A stretch of DNA of 25,195 nt from a virus (IMGVR_UViG_3300032218_000247:1-25195); one strand, 5' to 3'; numbered from the stretch's first letter, positions 6,542-15,585 are shown. The notes: generated by a model from the letters alone, not told the origin. Translations and numbers: made by a program.

Positions 6542-7798
6542 TTACCTTCCTACATCTTTTAGATACTTTTCCCTCGCATCCCTCCAAGATAGCCAGCTCA
6601 TGTCGTCATAATAGAGAATGGAGTCGCTGACGCGGCTAGTTTCCTGCAGTTTGGCATAGCGATGATTTGCATACTTTTTCCACAGAGTCGTCAGGTATTC
6701 CACGCTGAAATCTGCTGCAGGAACTAACTGTTTTTCCTTGATATCGTCACGCAGGAAATCGTATCCGTTTGTGTAAAGCGAAGCGAAGTAGATACCGCGA
6801 TCGTGGTCGCTTGTGAATACGTTCCCAGGAATTTTCAGCGCACGATAGATCTTCTGATGAAAGCGATTCAGTCTATCACGCACGACTGGTTCACCGTCTG
6901 GTCCTTTCTCAACCAGATAGTGATAGTAGTCTTCGGGGATGCTCGTGTGCGCCCACGCATACGCGAGCTCTCGTGTAGAGATTGACATACGCAACGGTGA
7001 AGCGCCGCGTGAGTATCCCATCTTCTTCCAATGCTTCAGATTATCATACTGCGACATTCCATGACCGCCCTTGTCTTTACCATAGAGCGAAGTCGTGGTC
7101 AATCCTACAAGACGAGAACCGTAGAGTTCCTTCCACTTGTTCTGGACTACGTCAGACAGACACAGAAGCGCGAGCAGCTTACCACCGAGGAAGTTATAAC
7201 CAAACGGTTGAACTGGCACGATCGTCGAGCAAACAGCAGTGTGCTTGATACGCTGCTCCTGCGTGCGTTGCTCACGAGTCCAACCAATCTTTTCGTCACG
7301 AGCACCCAGATCGAGGAAGTCTGACGCAATGGCGATAACACCGAGATACTTCTTGGTCTTTCGGTCACGAATGATAAAGTTCATTCCTCGACCAATCGAA
7401 CCAGAATGTTGCTGTGAATGAATCATTACACGCAACACTGTCCAATGATCCCTGATTGATTTGTGCGCAGGATCATTAGTCCAGATAACCTCTGGTTCGA
7501 GATCATCGATGTTATCGCCATCCCACATAAGCTCTTTCACTTGCGGAATGAGAATGGCGTGTCTAGCGTTCATGTAGGCTGGTTCGCCGAACAGAACGCT
7601 TTCTTCCATAGGATAGAGATTGTTAACCTCCTCCCACTTTTGCCACAGAATGTATTCTTCTGTCGGCAATTCACCAAACGACTTCAGCTCGTCGTGGATA
7701 GTGCGACGAACTGTTTCTGTATCATATGGGGTGAATGTTTGTGTCTTTACCCAGTCGTCAAAAGAGGGTGCTGACTGGTTGTTTCCAAGAGTCGTCAT
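6542..7798 (-). CDS. DUF4338 / Druantia DruA-like protein
   Basis: GRGMNFIIRDRKTKKYLGVIAIAS...RDEKIGW...VPVQPFGYNFLGGKLLALL...LTTTSLYG...SQY...W..MGYSRG resembles the DruA/DUF4338 family. Confidence 0.7.
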   Translation of the reverse strand: MTTLGNNQSAPSFDDWVKTQTFTPYDTETVRRTIHDELKSFGELPTEEYILWQKWEEVNNLYPMEESVLFGEPAYMNARHAILIPQVKELMWDGDNIDDLEPEVIWTNDPAHKSIRDHWTVLRVMIHSQQHSGSIGRGMNFIIRDRKTKKYLGVIAIASDFLDLGARDEKIGWTREQRTQEQRIKHTAVCSTIVPVQPFGYNFLGGKLLALLCLSDVVQNKWKELYGSRLVGLTTTSLYGKDKGGHGMSQYDNLKHWKKMGYSRGASPLRMSISTRELAYAWAHTSIPEDYYHYLVEKGPDGEPVVRDRLNRFHQKIYRALKIPGNVFTSDHDRGIYFASLYTNGYDFLRDDIKEKQLVPAADFSVEYLTTLWKKYANHRYAKLQETSRVSDSILYYDDMSWLSWRDAREKYLKDVGR

Positions 7799-8192
7799 CG
7801 TATCCCATAAGTGAAGCCAAAAATCTCGCTCGCTTGCTTGGTCCTATGCAGCCTGACTGAATGAACCCCGAACGTTTAGAATCATTATAGTTTATTTCTT
7901 CGTGATTGTCAAACTGATCTGCAGTTAAATCTACAATCATTCCGTCTTGGCGTCGAAGGAACCAATGCTTGATTCCTGGCGTGCTTGGAATATCAGTTGT
8001 GCGGATATCCCACGCTGTTGTGCCTTGGCAAACATACCAGTAAACAAACTCGCAAACTGTGTAACAGTAATTGATAGTAGGAAACTCTGGCTTCCACATA
8101 TCTTTCATGCGTTGGTCGAACAGGTGTTCTGTTCCCATTGTGCGTAGGCATTCGTGGAGCTTTGGTTTCCACACGCCTACAGCATCAAACAT
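7758..8192 (-). CDS. Hypothetical protein with a Cys-His-Asp (transglutaminase/papain-like) motif set
   Basis: YCYTVCE...HWFL...IVDLTADQF. Start placed at ATG 8192, just after the def stop (ORF track uses 8222). Confidence 0.6.
   Translation of the reverse strand: MFDAVGVWKPKLHECLRTMGTEHLFDQRMKDMWKPEFPTINYCYTVCEFVYWYVCQGTTAWDIRTTDIPSTPGIKHWFLRRQDGMIVDLTADQFDNHEEINYNDSKRSGFIQSGCIGPSKRARFLASLMGYDDDSWKQPVSTLF
7884..7912 (-). promoter_or_regulatory. Perfect sigma70 promoter inside the 7758-8192 gene, upstream of the DruA-like gene
   Basis: TTGACA-ATCACGAAGAAATAAAC(17)-TATAAT. Confidence 0.8.
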
Positions 8193-8193
8193 C

Positions 8194-8742
8194 TCATCCA
8201 ACTTTTCGTTCGATATCCGCAAGACGCTTTTCCGCTTTAGCTTTGAAGTTACGAGCTTGTTCTAAGTGATAGCGATTCGCACGTTCTTGGAACGTGACAC
8301 CATTCAGATGATCGTATTCATGCTGGAACACGCGAGCAGTGTAACCTTCATAGCGAACTGTATCCGCTTCACCGTTCCAACCACGATAGCGAACGCGAAT
8401 ACCACGAGGACGCTTGATCTTGATGAATAGCCCTGGATATGTCAAGCATCCTTCTTCATATACAACAGTTTCTTCATCGTAGCTCGTAATCAGTGGATTG
8501 AATACGCCAATGATTTCATCTGGTGTAGATGGATTACCGATAACGAAAGCGCGAGTCATGATACCGAGCTGCGGTGCGGAAACGCCAACTCCACCTTTTG
8601 CGACCAGTGTGTTGCGAAGAAGCTCGAACAGATATTTAGCAGTAAGAACCGTTCCGTCTTCCATTACATATCCGTTATCAAAATCAAACTCTGGGCAAGT
8701 CTGTTTAAGACGTGGATCGTTACCTTTGATTAGTTCAGTCAT
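8194..8742 (-). CDS. def: Peptide deformylase
   Basis: All three PDF motifs are present: GVGVSAPQLG, EGCLT and HEYDH. Confidence 0.95.
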   Translation of the reverse strand: MTELIKGNDPRLKQTCPEFDFDNGYVMEDGTVLTAKYLFELLRNTLVAKGGVGVSAPQLGIMTRAFVIGNPSTPDEIIGVFNPLITSYDEETVVYEEGCLTYPGLFIKIKRPRGIRVRYRGWNGEADTVRYEGYTARVFQHEYDHLNGVTFQERANRYHLEQARNFKAKAEKRLADIERKVG

Positions 8743-10445
8743 GATGAAATCCTTGAGAAGTTCTTTTCTTTTCTAAAGCGGAGTGTGTTGCTGAACTTAT
8801 CGTGCAGCACATCACCCTTGTGTGAGATAACAAAGATGTTGGAGTTTTCTAAGCTATGTATTAGCTTCAGAAACTCATCGCAACCATTGGCGTCAAGCGA
8901 TGCGTCGAACACTTCGTCAAGGATCAGCAGATTCGTATGGGCGCTGTTCTTCATGCGAGCGATAGAACGCCAAGTGAATAGCAGCGACAGATCGATACGC
9001 ATCTTCTCACCTTCAGAGAAGCTATCGTAAGTAAAGTCGTCACGATGACGCGACAGGATCTTCTCTTCGAACTGTTCGTTCAGCTCAAACTTAACAAAGA
9101 AGTCCATAGCTGCAAGATACTTGTTTACCAGTGTGTTGATGACTGGTATATACTGCTTAATGATACGCGATTTGATACCAGAATCACGGAGGATAACTGT
9201 AGCTAGATCATACATCTCACGTTCGTCAAGATACTCTTGCTTCTTGTTCAAGAAAGAGTCATACTGTTCTTTGAGTTGTGTTATCGTATCTTCGTTAAAG
9301 GATACAGACCCCTTAGACGCAGAGTCGATTTCCTTTTCCCAAAGACTGATTTCTTTCTGTGAACTCTTGATTGTCGATTGAACGTCTCGAAGGAGATGTT
9401 GCCGTGAGTTAACTTCGCGTTGTATCCGCGTGATTTCAGAGAGTCGAAGTTCAGCTTCTGCCAAGTTACTTTGCAGGGTTTGCAAGGCATCGTCCACTTC
9501 AGATACGACTTTTTCCTTCTCTTCAATCTTTTCACATTTGATGCCAGAGTCGATTGTCTGTGTGCAGGTAGGGCACTCGTCATTGTCGTGGTAGAACTTA
9601 ATGGTCTTCCGTGCGTTTGCTTTCTTCTTCTCAAGATTCGACTCCAGATTTAGAATCTTCTGAATGCGTGAGCTTACAGCATCTTTATCTTCGATTTGTT
9701 CGAGAAGATCATTGATTTCAGTTTCAATAGTAGTAGCTTCCGCTTCGTTGCGCATGATGGATGTGCGAGCGTCTTCAATACGAGCCAGATACTCATCGAT
9801 CTTCTCACTCTTCTCTTGTGCTAGGTCGTTGCGCAGCTTTTCCTGCAGCTTGATATTGTTAGTCGTGTTGGTAATGTCGTGCTCAGTTAGTGTAAGAGCT
9901 TGACGATTACCAGAAACTCTATCTTTGAGAAGGAGAGCCATCGAGGAAAAGACGCGGATATCTAACAGATCCTCGATGACTTCCCGTCGAACATTTGTTG
10001 TCAGTTGCATGAACGGAACAAATGACGACGAACCCAAGATCACAATCTGCGTGAATGACTTCATGCTAAGTTTGAGAATGTGTTTCTCAAGCATCTCCTG
10101 ATAGTCACGCGCAGCTGCGTCTTGGTCAAGCAATACACCATCTTCTATAATTTCAAATAGACCAGGCTTGATTCCGCGTCTAATAGTGTATTGATGATCG
10201 TGTGTGTGAAACTCTATCTCGACCAATACGTCGCGACCGTTCACAGAGTTGATAAGCTGATCTTTCTTGATCTTACGAAATGGCTTACCATAAAGCCCAA
10301 AGCACAGTGCGTCGAGCATAGTAGACTTACCCGCACCGTTTTCGCCAACGATGAGAGTAGAGTCGTTCTTATCTAATAGAATTTCAGTGAATGCGTTGCC
10401 AGTAGAGAGGAAGTTCTTCCAGCGAACCTTTTTGAAATGAATCAT
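8739..10445 (-). CDS. 46: gp46 recombination endonuclease subunit (Rad50/SbcC-like)
   Basis: WKNFLSTGN, Walker A GENGAGKST, zinc hook CPTC, signature FSEGEKMRIDL, Walker B LILDEVFD and ISHK. Confidence 0.96.
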   Translation of the reverse strand: MIHFKKVRWKNFLSTGNAFTEILLDKNDSTLIVGENGAGKSTMLDALCFGLYGKPFRKIKKDQLINSVNGRDVLVEIEFHTHDHQYTIRRGIKPGLFEIIEDGVLLDQDAAARDYQEMLEKHILKLSMKSFTQIVILGSSSFVPFMQLTTNVRREVIEDLLDIRVFSSMALLLKDRVSGNRQALTLTEHDITNTTNNIKLQEKLRNDLAQEKSEKIDEYLARIEDARTSIMRNEAEATTIETEINDLLEQIEDKDAVSSRIQKILNLESNLEKKKANARKTIKFYHDNDECPTCTQTIDSGIKCEKIEEKEKVVSEVDDALQTLQSNLAEAELRLSEITRIQREVNSRQHLLRDVQSTIKSSQKEISLWEKEIDSASKGSVSFNEDTITQLKEQYDSFLNKKQEYLDEREMYDLATVILRDSGIKSRIIKQYIPVINTLVNKYLAAMDFFVKFELNEQFEEKILSRHRDDFTYDSFSEGEKMRIDLSLLFTWRSIARMKNSAHTNLLILDEVFDASLDANGCDEFLKLIHSLENSNIFVISHKGDVLHDKFSNTLRFRKEKNFSRISS

Positions 10446-11503
10446 TATGTTTCCATTTGAAGAGCTTCATTATATAGCGAACGCATCAGAATGTCAAGAC
10501 GTTCGTTATCAACATTACTCTCAATTGTCTTAATATATTTGGACAAAATGGTTAGTGTATCTTCAGTTTCGTTTACCAGATCCGCTTCGCTAATGGCGTC
10601 CATATTGCGATGATCTTCAACGATTGTTACTTCGATTGGACCAGCCTCGTATAGCTTGCTGGTAAACAGATCGAAGTTGAAAGGATTGTCTTTGTTGGTT
10701 ACAATCAACTTGACATAAGCACCAGCATACTTGGCAAAATCGCGCTCGAGAACTTCTTCTGTGTTCTTGTCTTTGTCGTTATACCACAGCTTACGAAACA
10801 TCTTGTAAGGATTCTCTATGAACGTGAGCTCACGAGTTTCCGTATCCAAGATATGAAATCCTTTAGGATCGTCGTAGTCGCTCCAAGTAAACTCAGCGTG
10901 GCTACCAAGATAATGAATGTTCCCACTAGTAGAACGCCTATGGTAATGACCGCTACATACCAAGTCAAACCGATTAAAAAGGCTAGGATCATCCCCATGT
11001 GATAGAGGACTACCTCGATACATTTCAAAACCTGAGAGCTCAAGGTGACCCATGCAGATTTGGGCGTTTGTTGTTCTGATTGATTCGAGTGCGTGGTCTC
11101 TGTTGTCATCGCATATCCATGGCATGAGTAGAATTGGAACGCCGTCGAACTCTACAGTTGTTGCTTGTTCGTAGATGGTGAAGTCGTCTTTGTAAAACTC
11201 TCGAATGGAGTTGACGGAATTCGTATTCTTGTAATACGTGTCGTGGTTTCCGATTGTGAGATGGGCACGGATGCCTCTTGCGTGTAGTGGTCCAATAAAA
11301 TCGTCACGCAGGCGTTTAGCCGTATTGATGTTGAGATATTTGCGACGATCAACCAGATCACCAAGATGGATAACGTCGACAATGCTATGAGAGTCGATAA
11401 ACGGAAAGAAAGTGTCATCTAGAAACTTCTTGTTATTGTCGAGAAACGCTTGATGGTCATTGCGCACACCCCAGTGTGTATCAGTGATGATAGCAATCTT
11501 CAT
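10445..11503 (-). CDS. 47: gp47 recombination endonuclease subunit (Mre11/SbcD-like)
   Basis: Metallophosphoesterase motifs DTHWG, GDLVD, GNHD and SGHYH; adjacent to gp46. Confidence 0.95.
   Translation of the reverse strand: MKIAIITDTHWGVRNDHQAFLDNNKKFLDDTFFPFIDSHSIVDVIHLGDLVDRRKYLNINTAKRLRDDFIGPLHARGIRAHLTIGNHDTYYKNTNSVNSIREFYKDDFTIYEQATTVEFDGVPILLMPWICDDNRDHALESIRTTNAQICMGHLELSGFEMYRGSPLSHGDDPSLFNRFDLVCSGHYHRRSTSGNIHYLGSHAEFTWSDYDDPKGFHILDTETRELTFIENPYKMFRKLWYNDKDKNTEEVLERDFAKYAGAYVKLIVTNKDNPFNFDLFTSKLYEAGPIEVTIVEDHRNMDAISEADLVNETEDTLTILSKYIKTIESNVDNERLDILMRSLYNEALQMET
10469..10497 (-). promoter_or_regulatory. Perfect sigma70 promoter in the 3' end of gp47, driving gp46
   Basis: TTGACA-TTCTGATGCGTTCGCTA(17)-TATAAT. 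Confidence 0.8.
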
Positions 11504-12069
11504 TCTACAGGCTTCTCAACTTTCTCAAGTTTCTTACTACCACGCTTGATACCTTTGCTGGCTTCAAAGTCACCCATGAACTTCTCCATCTGTTCCTTCG
11601 ACCACTCACCATACTTGATATCTGTATCGTAGTTGTTACTGCGATCACCGTCTTGCGACTCAGAAGTTTCACCCATGATGTTGGCGTATTCGATAGCAGC
11701 ATACTTGGTGTAGAGATGCTTCTTCTCTTTTTGAATGCGTCGAATGAAAGCGAAGTAGATGATCTGCGTAAAGTATGCAAATGGATTCTGTGACTTAGCT
11801 GGATCGAAGTTGTTGATATACAGCAAGCAGTTTTCAATACCATCCGAGATCATCTCTTCGCGGAACGTGTAGTTAGCAAAGTTAGGACGATAGGCAAGGT
11901 GAGTAGCGATCTTCATAATCGACTCGCCGATATAGTGCGGGATACGAGGGTTTTGCTTACCAGTATCCTTGGCTTCGTTGACGAGTTTCTTATACTCGAC
12001 CATCGCGGCATATAGGTCTTTGTTGTTGACGTAATGCTTCTTGGACTTTGGCTTGATTACTTTATTCAT
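11500..12069 (-). CDS. 55: gp55 late-transcription sigma factor
   Basis: HYVNNK...YIGESIMKIATHLAYRPNFANYTFREEMISDGIENC...NFDPAKSQNPFAYFTQIIYFAFIRRIQKEKK. Confidence 0.95.
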   Translation of the reverse strand: MNKVIKPKSKKHYVNNKDLYAAMVEYKKLVNEAKDTGKQNPRIPHYIGESIMKIATHLAYRPNFANYTFREEMISDGIENCLLYINNFDPAKSQNPFAYFTQIIYFAFIRRIQKEKKHLYTKYAAIEYANIMGETSESQDGDRSNNYDTDIKYGEWSKEQMEKFMGDFEASKGIKRGSKKLEKVEKPVE

Positions 12070-12443
12070 TAGTGAAAAGATCCTGATGTATTCGCAATAG
12101 CTGCATATTGTCTAACTAATTCTCTTTGGCGCTCTCTAGCTTTGATACGCTGTTCTCGAGCTTGTTCGCTAATTGTGTTAAGATACTTATTAGCTACTAT
12201 ATCATCTACCATCAAGTATGTCAAGATATTTGTTTTGTTGATACGAACCTTTTCTTCCATTAGGCTTTCAAATGGAATCCAGCGCATGATGGAGGTGGTA
12301 ACTGTCATTGCTTCGACGGAGGGGAGGAGTTCTACACGATATGGTTGAGTAACCCACAAGCAATCATCTTCGTCACCAACAAGTTGGACGAGAAGATCGT
12401 CACCATTATTCATCTTCAAAAAGTATACTTCGCTGTGGTCCAT
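12069..12443 (-). CDS. Conserved hypothetical protein between uvsW and gp55 (possible Sm-like fold)
   Basis: LKMNNGDDLL...P...RWIPF pattern and conserved position. Start placed at ATG 12443 behind AGGAG. Confidence 0.7.
   Translation of the reverse strand: MDHSEVYFLKMNNGDDLLVQLVGDEDDCLWVTQPYRVELLPSVEAMTVTTSIMRWIPFESLMEEKVRINKTNILTYLMVDDIVANKYLNTISEQAREQRIKARERQRELVRQYAAIANTSGSFH
12196..12224 (-). promoter_or_regulatory. Sigma70 promoter inside the preceding gene, upstream of gp55
   Basis: TTGACA-TACTTGATGGTAGATGA(17)-TATAGT with extended -10 TG. Confidence 0.7.
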
Positions 12444-13914
12444 TGTCACTCCTGAGCTTGATAGTATGTAATTCGTAAGGGAATCCCTCACTACTATACA
12501 TCTTGACTCGTTCAATAAGATGGTTTAGTGTGTAGTTCTTTTTATCTTTGCTCGTTGAAAGATTGTCAGCAATATCGAATAGCGTCATACCATCTTTGCC
12601 TTCAGCAGTTCTAAGACCACGACCGATAGACTGTAGAGTTCTGATACGGCTTTTAGTTGGACTTGCAAAAACTACGTTATGAAGGTTCTTGATATTTATG
12701 CCTGTTGAGAACGTTCCGTAAGAAGCGACGATGATAGCATCGTTCTCCTTCTCAACGATGTGACGGATCTCTTCGCGCTCGTCCCCATCCACACCCCCAT
12801 GCACGAAGAAGACTTTACGTTCACCAGCTTTGTCTTTGATGAGATCGTAGAGAACTTGACCGTGCTTCTCGACGTAAGCATAGAGAACTAGAGTGTTACC
12901 TTTAAGGGATACAGTAAGGTTACGAATAAACTTATTACGAGGAGGAAACGAAATAATATGCTCAACTTCATCTTGATAAGATCCACCAGCAAGTTTCTTG
13001 CACTCTTCCATAGGGTGCATGAGCATAAGAACTTTGACTTTGATCGCAGCAAGTTTGCCAGTATCAATAAGCTCTTTCGTGTCGATGACCTTATGAGTTG
13101 CACCAAATAGACCCGTAAGCACTAACTCATTTACTTGACTACCATCCAACGTTCCTGTCATACCGAAACGATACTTTGTATCAGTCATATTGGTCATGAT
13201 CTTAGTCAGTGACTGCGCCTTGAACAGATGCGCTTCGTCACCAATGATCACATCAAACGATTCGAAATATGACTTAGGAAGTTCGTAAACCGATTGCCAT
13301 GTTGAGATGACAACTTGTTTATTTGTTTGCTTATCTTGTCCTCCAAAGACGGTGTGAACGAAAGTATCCACGTCGAAACCATAATCGGCAAAATCAGAGC
13401 GTAGCTGATGAACAAGAGAGATAGTTGGCACAAGAATAAGAACGCGACCTTCAAGCTGTTCAAGATAATACCTCGTTAGAAGATAAGCGATCAGTGACTT
13501 TCCTGATGCGGTAGGACTGATAAGAACGCACCGATTAGAGCGAACAGCGAGAGCCATAGCCCTAAGTTGATGATCGTGAGGAACAAATGGTAGATTAAGG
13601 GTGTCTGCGAAATCTTTTGCTTCAACAAGAGAGAACTCCTCTGTCATATTCAATTCTGGATCTATATCCAAACTATAATCGTGTTCCTCACAGAACTTCT
13701 GTATCTCAGGAACAAGACCCGCATACGTCTGCATGTTGCGTGAGTTTAACAGACGGATCTTACCATCCCACACGCGAGCTTTATACTTCGGTGAAAACTT
13801 AGCGCCTGGAACTTCAAAGGTTAAATGTTCTGCAAGCTCGCGAGCGATGCCCATGTCACCATCTACGCGAATCCATGCTTCATTTACCTTAGTCAGCTTC
13901 AGGTCAGAATCCAT
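12406..13914 (-). CDS. uvsW: UvsW SF2 DNA/RNA helicase
   Basis: WDGKIRL, SPTASGKS, DEAH, GMTGT, FSTGINIKNLH and QSIGRGLR. Start placed at 13914 (MDSDLK), overlapping the uvsY stop. Confidence 0.95.
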   Translation of the reverse strand: MDSDLKLTKVNEAWIRVDGDMGIARELAEHLTFEVPGAKFSPKYKARVWDGKIRLLNSRNMQTYAGLVPEIQKFCEEHDYSLDIDPELNMTEEFSLVEAKDFADTLNLPFVPHDHQLRAMALAVRSNRCVLISPTASGKSLIAYLLTRYYLEQLEGRVLILVPTISLVHQLRSDFADYGFDVDTFVHTVFGGQDKQTNKQVVISTWQSVYELPKSYFESFDVIIGDEAHLFKAQSLTKIMTNMTDTKYRFGMTGTLDGSQVNELVLTGLFGATHKVIDTKELIDTGKLAAIKVKVLMLMHPMEECKKLAGGSYQDEVEHIISFPPRNKFIRNLTVSLKGNTLVLYAYVEKHGQVLYDLIKDKAGERKVFFVHGGVDGDEREEIRHIVEKENDAIIVASYGTFSTGINIKNLHNVVFASPTKSRIRTLQSIGRGLRTAEGKDGMTLFDIADNLSTSKDKKNYTLNHLIERVKMYSSEGFPYELHTIKLRSDNGPQRSILFEDE

Positions 13915-14341
13915 TAGTGAACTTTCTCCACTCAATGGCGGACTTGATATCGTATCCACGTTTATGGATACACTTCATGATTTCGACGATCACATCGACT
14001 TTCTCTTCAAGCATAGCTGTGCGAGTTTCGAGTTTGAGTAACTCGTCATCTGCGTCGATATAGCCTTGAACTTCGTTCTTCAGAACCTTTTGAAGAAAAG
14101 GTGGTCTACCAATTCGCTCAAGGTCGTCGGGATTGTTAAGATTGCCAAGATAATAATCCCGCAGAAGATTAGACCTACTTTTTCGCTGAATGAAGCATGC
14201 ACGAAGTTGACTCCTTGTCTCAGACAGAAGGCGATTATATTTGGCGTGGAGGGATGAGATGTTGAGTGACTCTGCGTCCAAGTTGAGATCATCATACTTG
14301 GCGTCTTTGTCCCACATTTCGTAGATTTCTTCAAGTTTCAT
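13904..14341 (-). CDS. uvsY: UvsY recombination mediator
   Basis: LEEIYEMWDKD...ESLNISSLHAKY...YIDAD...RGYDIKSAIEWRKF; directly upstream of uvsW. Confidence 0.9.
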   Translation of the reverse strand: MKLEEIYEMWDKDAKYDDLNLDAESLNISSLHAKYNRLLSETRSQLRACFIQRKSRSNLLRDYYLGNLNNPDDLERIGRPPFLQKVLKNEVQGYIDADDELLKLETRTAMLEEKVDVIVEIMKCIHKRGYDIKSAIEWRKFTNGF

Positions 14342-14347
14342 TTTATA

Positions 14348-14376
14348 ATAGTATCATATCCTGATTTACATGTCAA
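14348..14376 (-). promoter_or_regulatory. Sigma70 promoter for uvsY (leaderless transcript)
   Basis: TTGACA-TGTAAATCAGGATATGA(17)-TACTAT; the ATG follows 6 nt after the -10 box with no Shine-Dalgarno. Confidence 0.8.
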
Positions 14377-14390
14377 GAACGATTTTAGTC

Positions 14391-14419
14391 TTGACAACAA
14401 CGTGTTACATTGCTATAAT
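14391..14419 (+). promoter_or_regulatory. Perfect plus-strand sigma70 promoter pointing antisense into gp3 and the late genes
   Basis: TTGACA-ACAACGTGTTACATTGC(17)-TATAAT with extended -10 TG. Confidence 0.8.
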
Positions 14420-14438
14420 GACTTATGTTACACAGGGG

Positions 14439-14993
14439 TCATACTTCTAACTGGTATTTACGATAGCGGAACACAACTGTAGCCTGCAGGTATTCGATTG
14501 AGATATTCGTCGACTCGAACTGCAACTCTGATAGGCTTATTGGAAACATATCTTGGAAGAAGATATTCTTATTCAAGTTCTTGTTGCTTGTCAAGATAGA
14601 AAGCACGCCGTCTGATACGAACGTTGTGTAATAGCCAAGCATTCTTGTTCCAGATCCACCAATCTGTGAGTTACGAATCTCACGAGACAGATCAGCTGTT
14701 TGCTTGAGTTCATCTGGATGCCCAAGACCTTCGATCCAACGCTGGATCTCGAAGTAGTTCTGAAGATTCTCATCAACCTTAAACGTGATAGTCAGAGGAT
14801 CGTATGTGATACGATCTCCAGGACGTGGCACGACTGAGAACGGTGTTGGGCTATCAATAGCACCCATCGTGACTGAAGGGATCGTTACGCTCTGACAGAA
14901 GTAGTTGACCGTAGGAAGTCTCTTGATTGCAAAACGGAAACCGTTCTGACCAAGGAAGTTGATGTTATTCGGTTGGTTCTCTTCTGCTGACAT
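14439..14993 (-). CDS. 3: gp3 tail completion / sheath stabiliser
   Basis: NFLGQNGFRFAIKRLPTVNYFCQSVTIP...PGDRITYDPLTITFKVDENLQNY...FPISLSELQF; position between gp23 and uvsY. Confidence 0.85.
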   Translation of the reverse strand: MSAEENQPNNINFLGQNGFRFAIKRLPTVNYFCQSVTIPSVTMGAIDSPTPFSVVPRPGDRITYDPLTITFKVDENLQNYFEIQRWIEGLGHPDELKQTADLSREIRNSQIGGSGTRMLGYYTTFVSDGVLSILTSNKNLNKNIFFQDMFPISLSELQFESTNISIEYLQATVVFRYRKYQLEV

Positions 14994-15580
14994 TATTTAG
15001 CAGTCTTTCTTTTGTGAAGAGAAGCGATCAACTTCATTTTGTATTGTGTTTTGCCAGCAGGATCATTCTTAAGATGACCAGCTTTAGCTTCTGTATCTGG
15101 AACGTGCGTATCTTCAGAGTCTCGTGTATCGACGTTATGGGCTTTACCGTGATGCCAACCATGAACAGATACACCACGCTCTTTCGATAGGTTCTGCCAA
15201 ATCTTCTGACCGCCTGGAGAATGTGACTTACCGACGATTGTTGGTGAATGTCCAGACTGCATGATCTTGCGATAGACTTTGTGAACCTTCGGTCCCTGTC
15301 CTGTCGAGTCTGCTGTGTGAACTGTATATGTGCCGGACTTAGAGTTTCTCTTACCAGCAATCGTTGCGTTAACTACGCCAGTTTTCTTATGACGAGCAAC
15401 GTAGATATCTTGACCAGAATCTTTGTAGTGATGCAAAGCATGTTCTTTATCAATGTTTGCAACTTTCTTTCCCGCTTCATGCTCGGGCATATGTTTGCCA
15501 GTTTCTGGAGCAAACTTTGTCTTTCTCCCGATCTTGGACATGAGGGGAGCTTCGGCAATGAACTGAGAGAATGTTTTCAT
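14993..15580 (-). CDS. Probable internal head protein with capsid-targeting sequence; possible GNAT-like fold
   Basis: True start judged to be ATG 15580: MKTFSQFIAE-A closely resembles the T4 internal-protein targeting peptide MKTYQEFIAE. It follows a late promoter and is basic and His-rich. Confidence 0.7.
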   Translation of the reverse strand: MKTFSQFIAEAPLMSKIGRKTKFAPETGKHMPEHEAGKKVANIDKEHALHHYKDSGQDIYVARHKKTGVVNATIAGKRNSKSGTYTVHTADSTGQGPKVHKVYRKIMQSGHSPTIVGKSHSPGGQKIWQNLSKERGVSVHGWHHGKAHNVDTRDSEDTHVPDTEAKAGHLKNDPAGKTQYKMKLIASLHKRKTAK

Positions 15581-15585
15581 AAGCC

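Noticed and set aside
8417-8445. TTGACA inside def (similar hits at 6254 and 14589)
   Set aside because: There is no acceptable -10 hexamer at 17-nt spacing.
6542-13914. Complete Druantia defence system (DruA plus helicase)
   Set aside because: The helicase is canonical UvsW in its normal position, and no DruB-E-like genes are visible.
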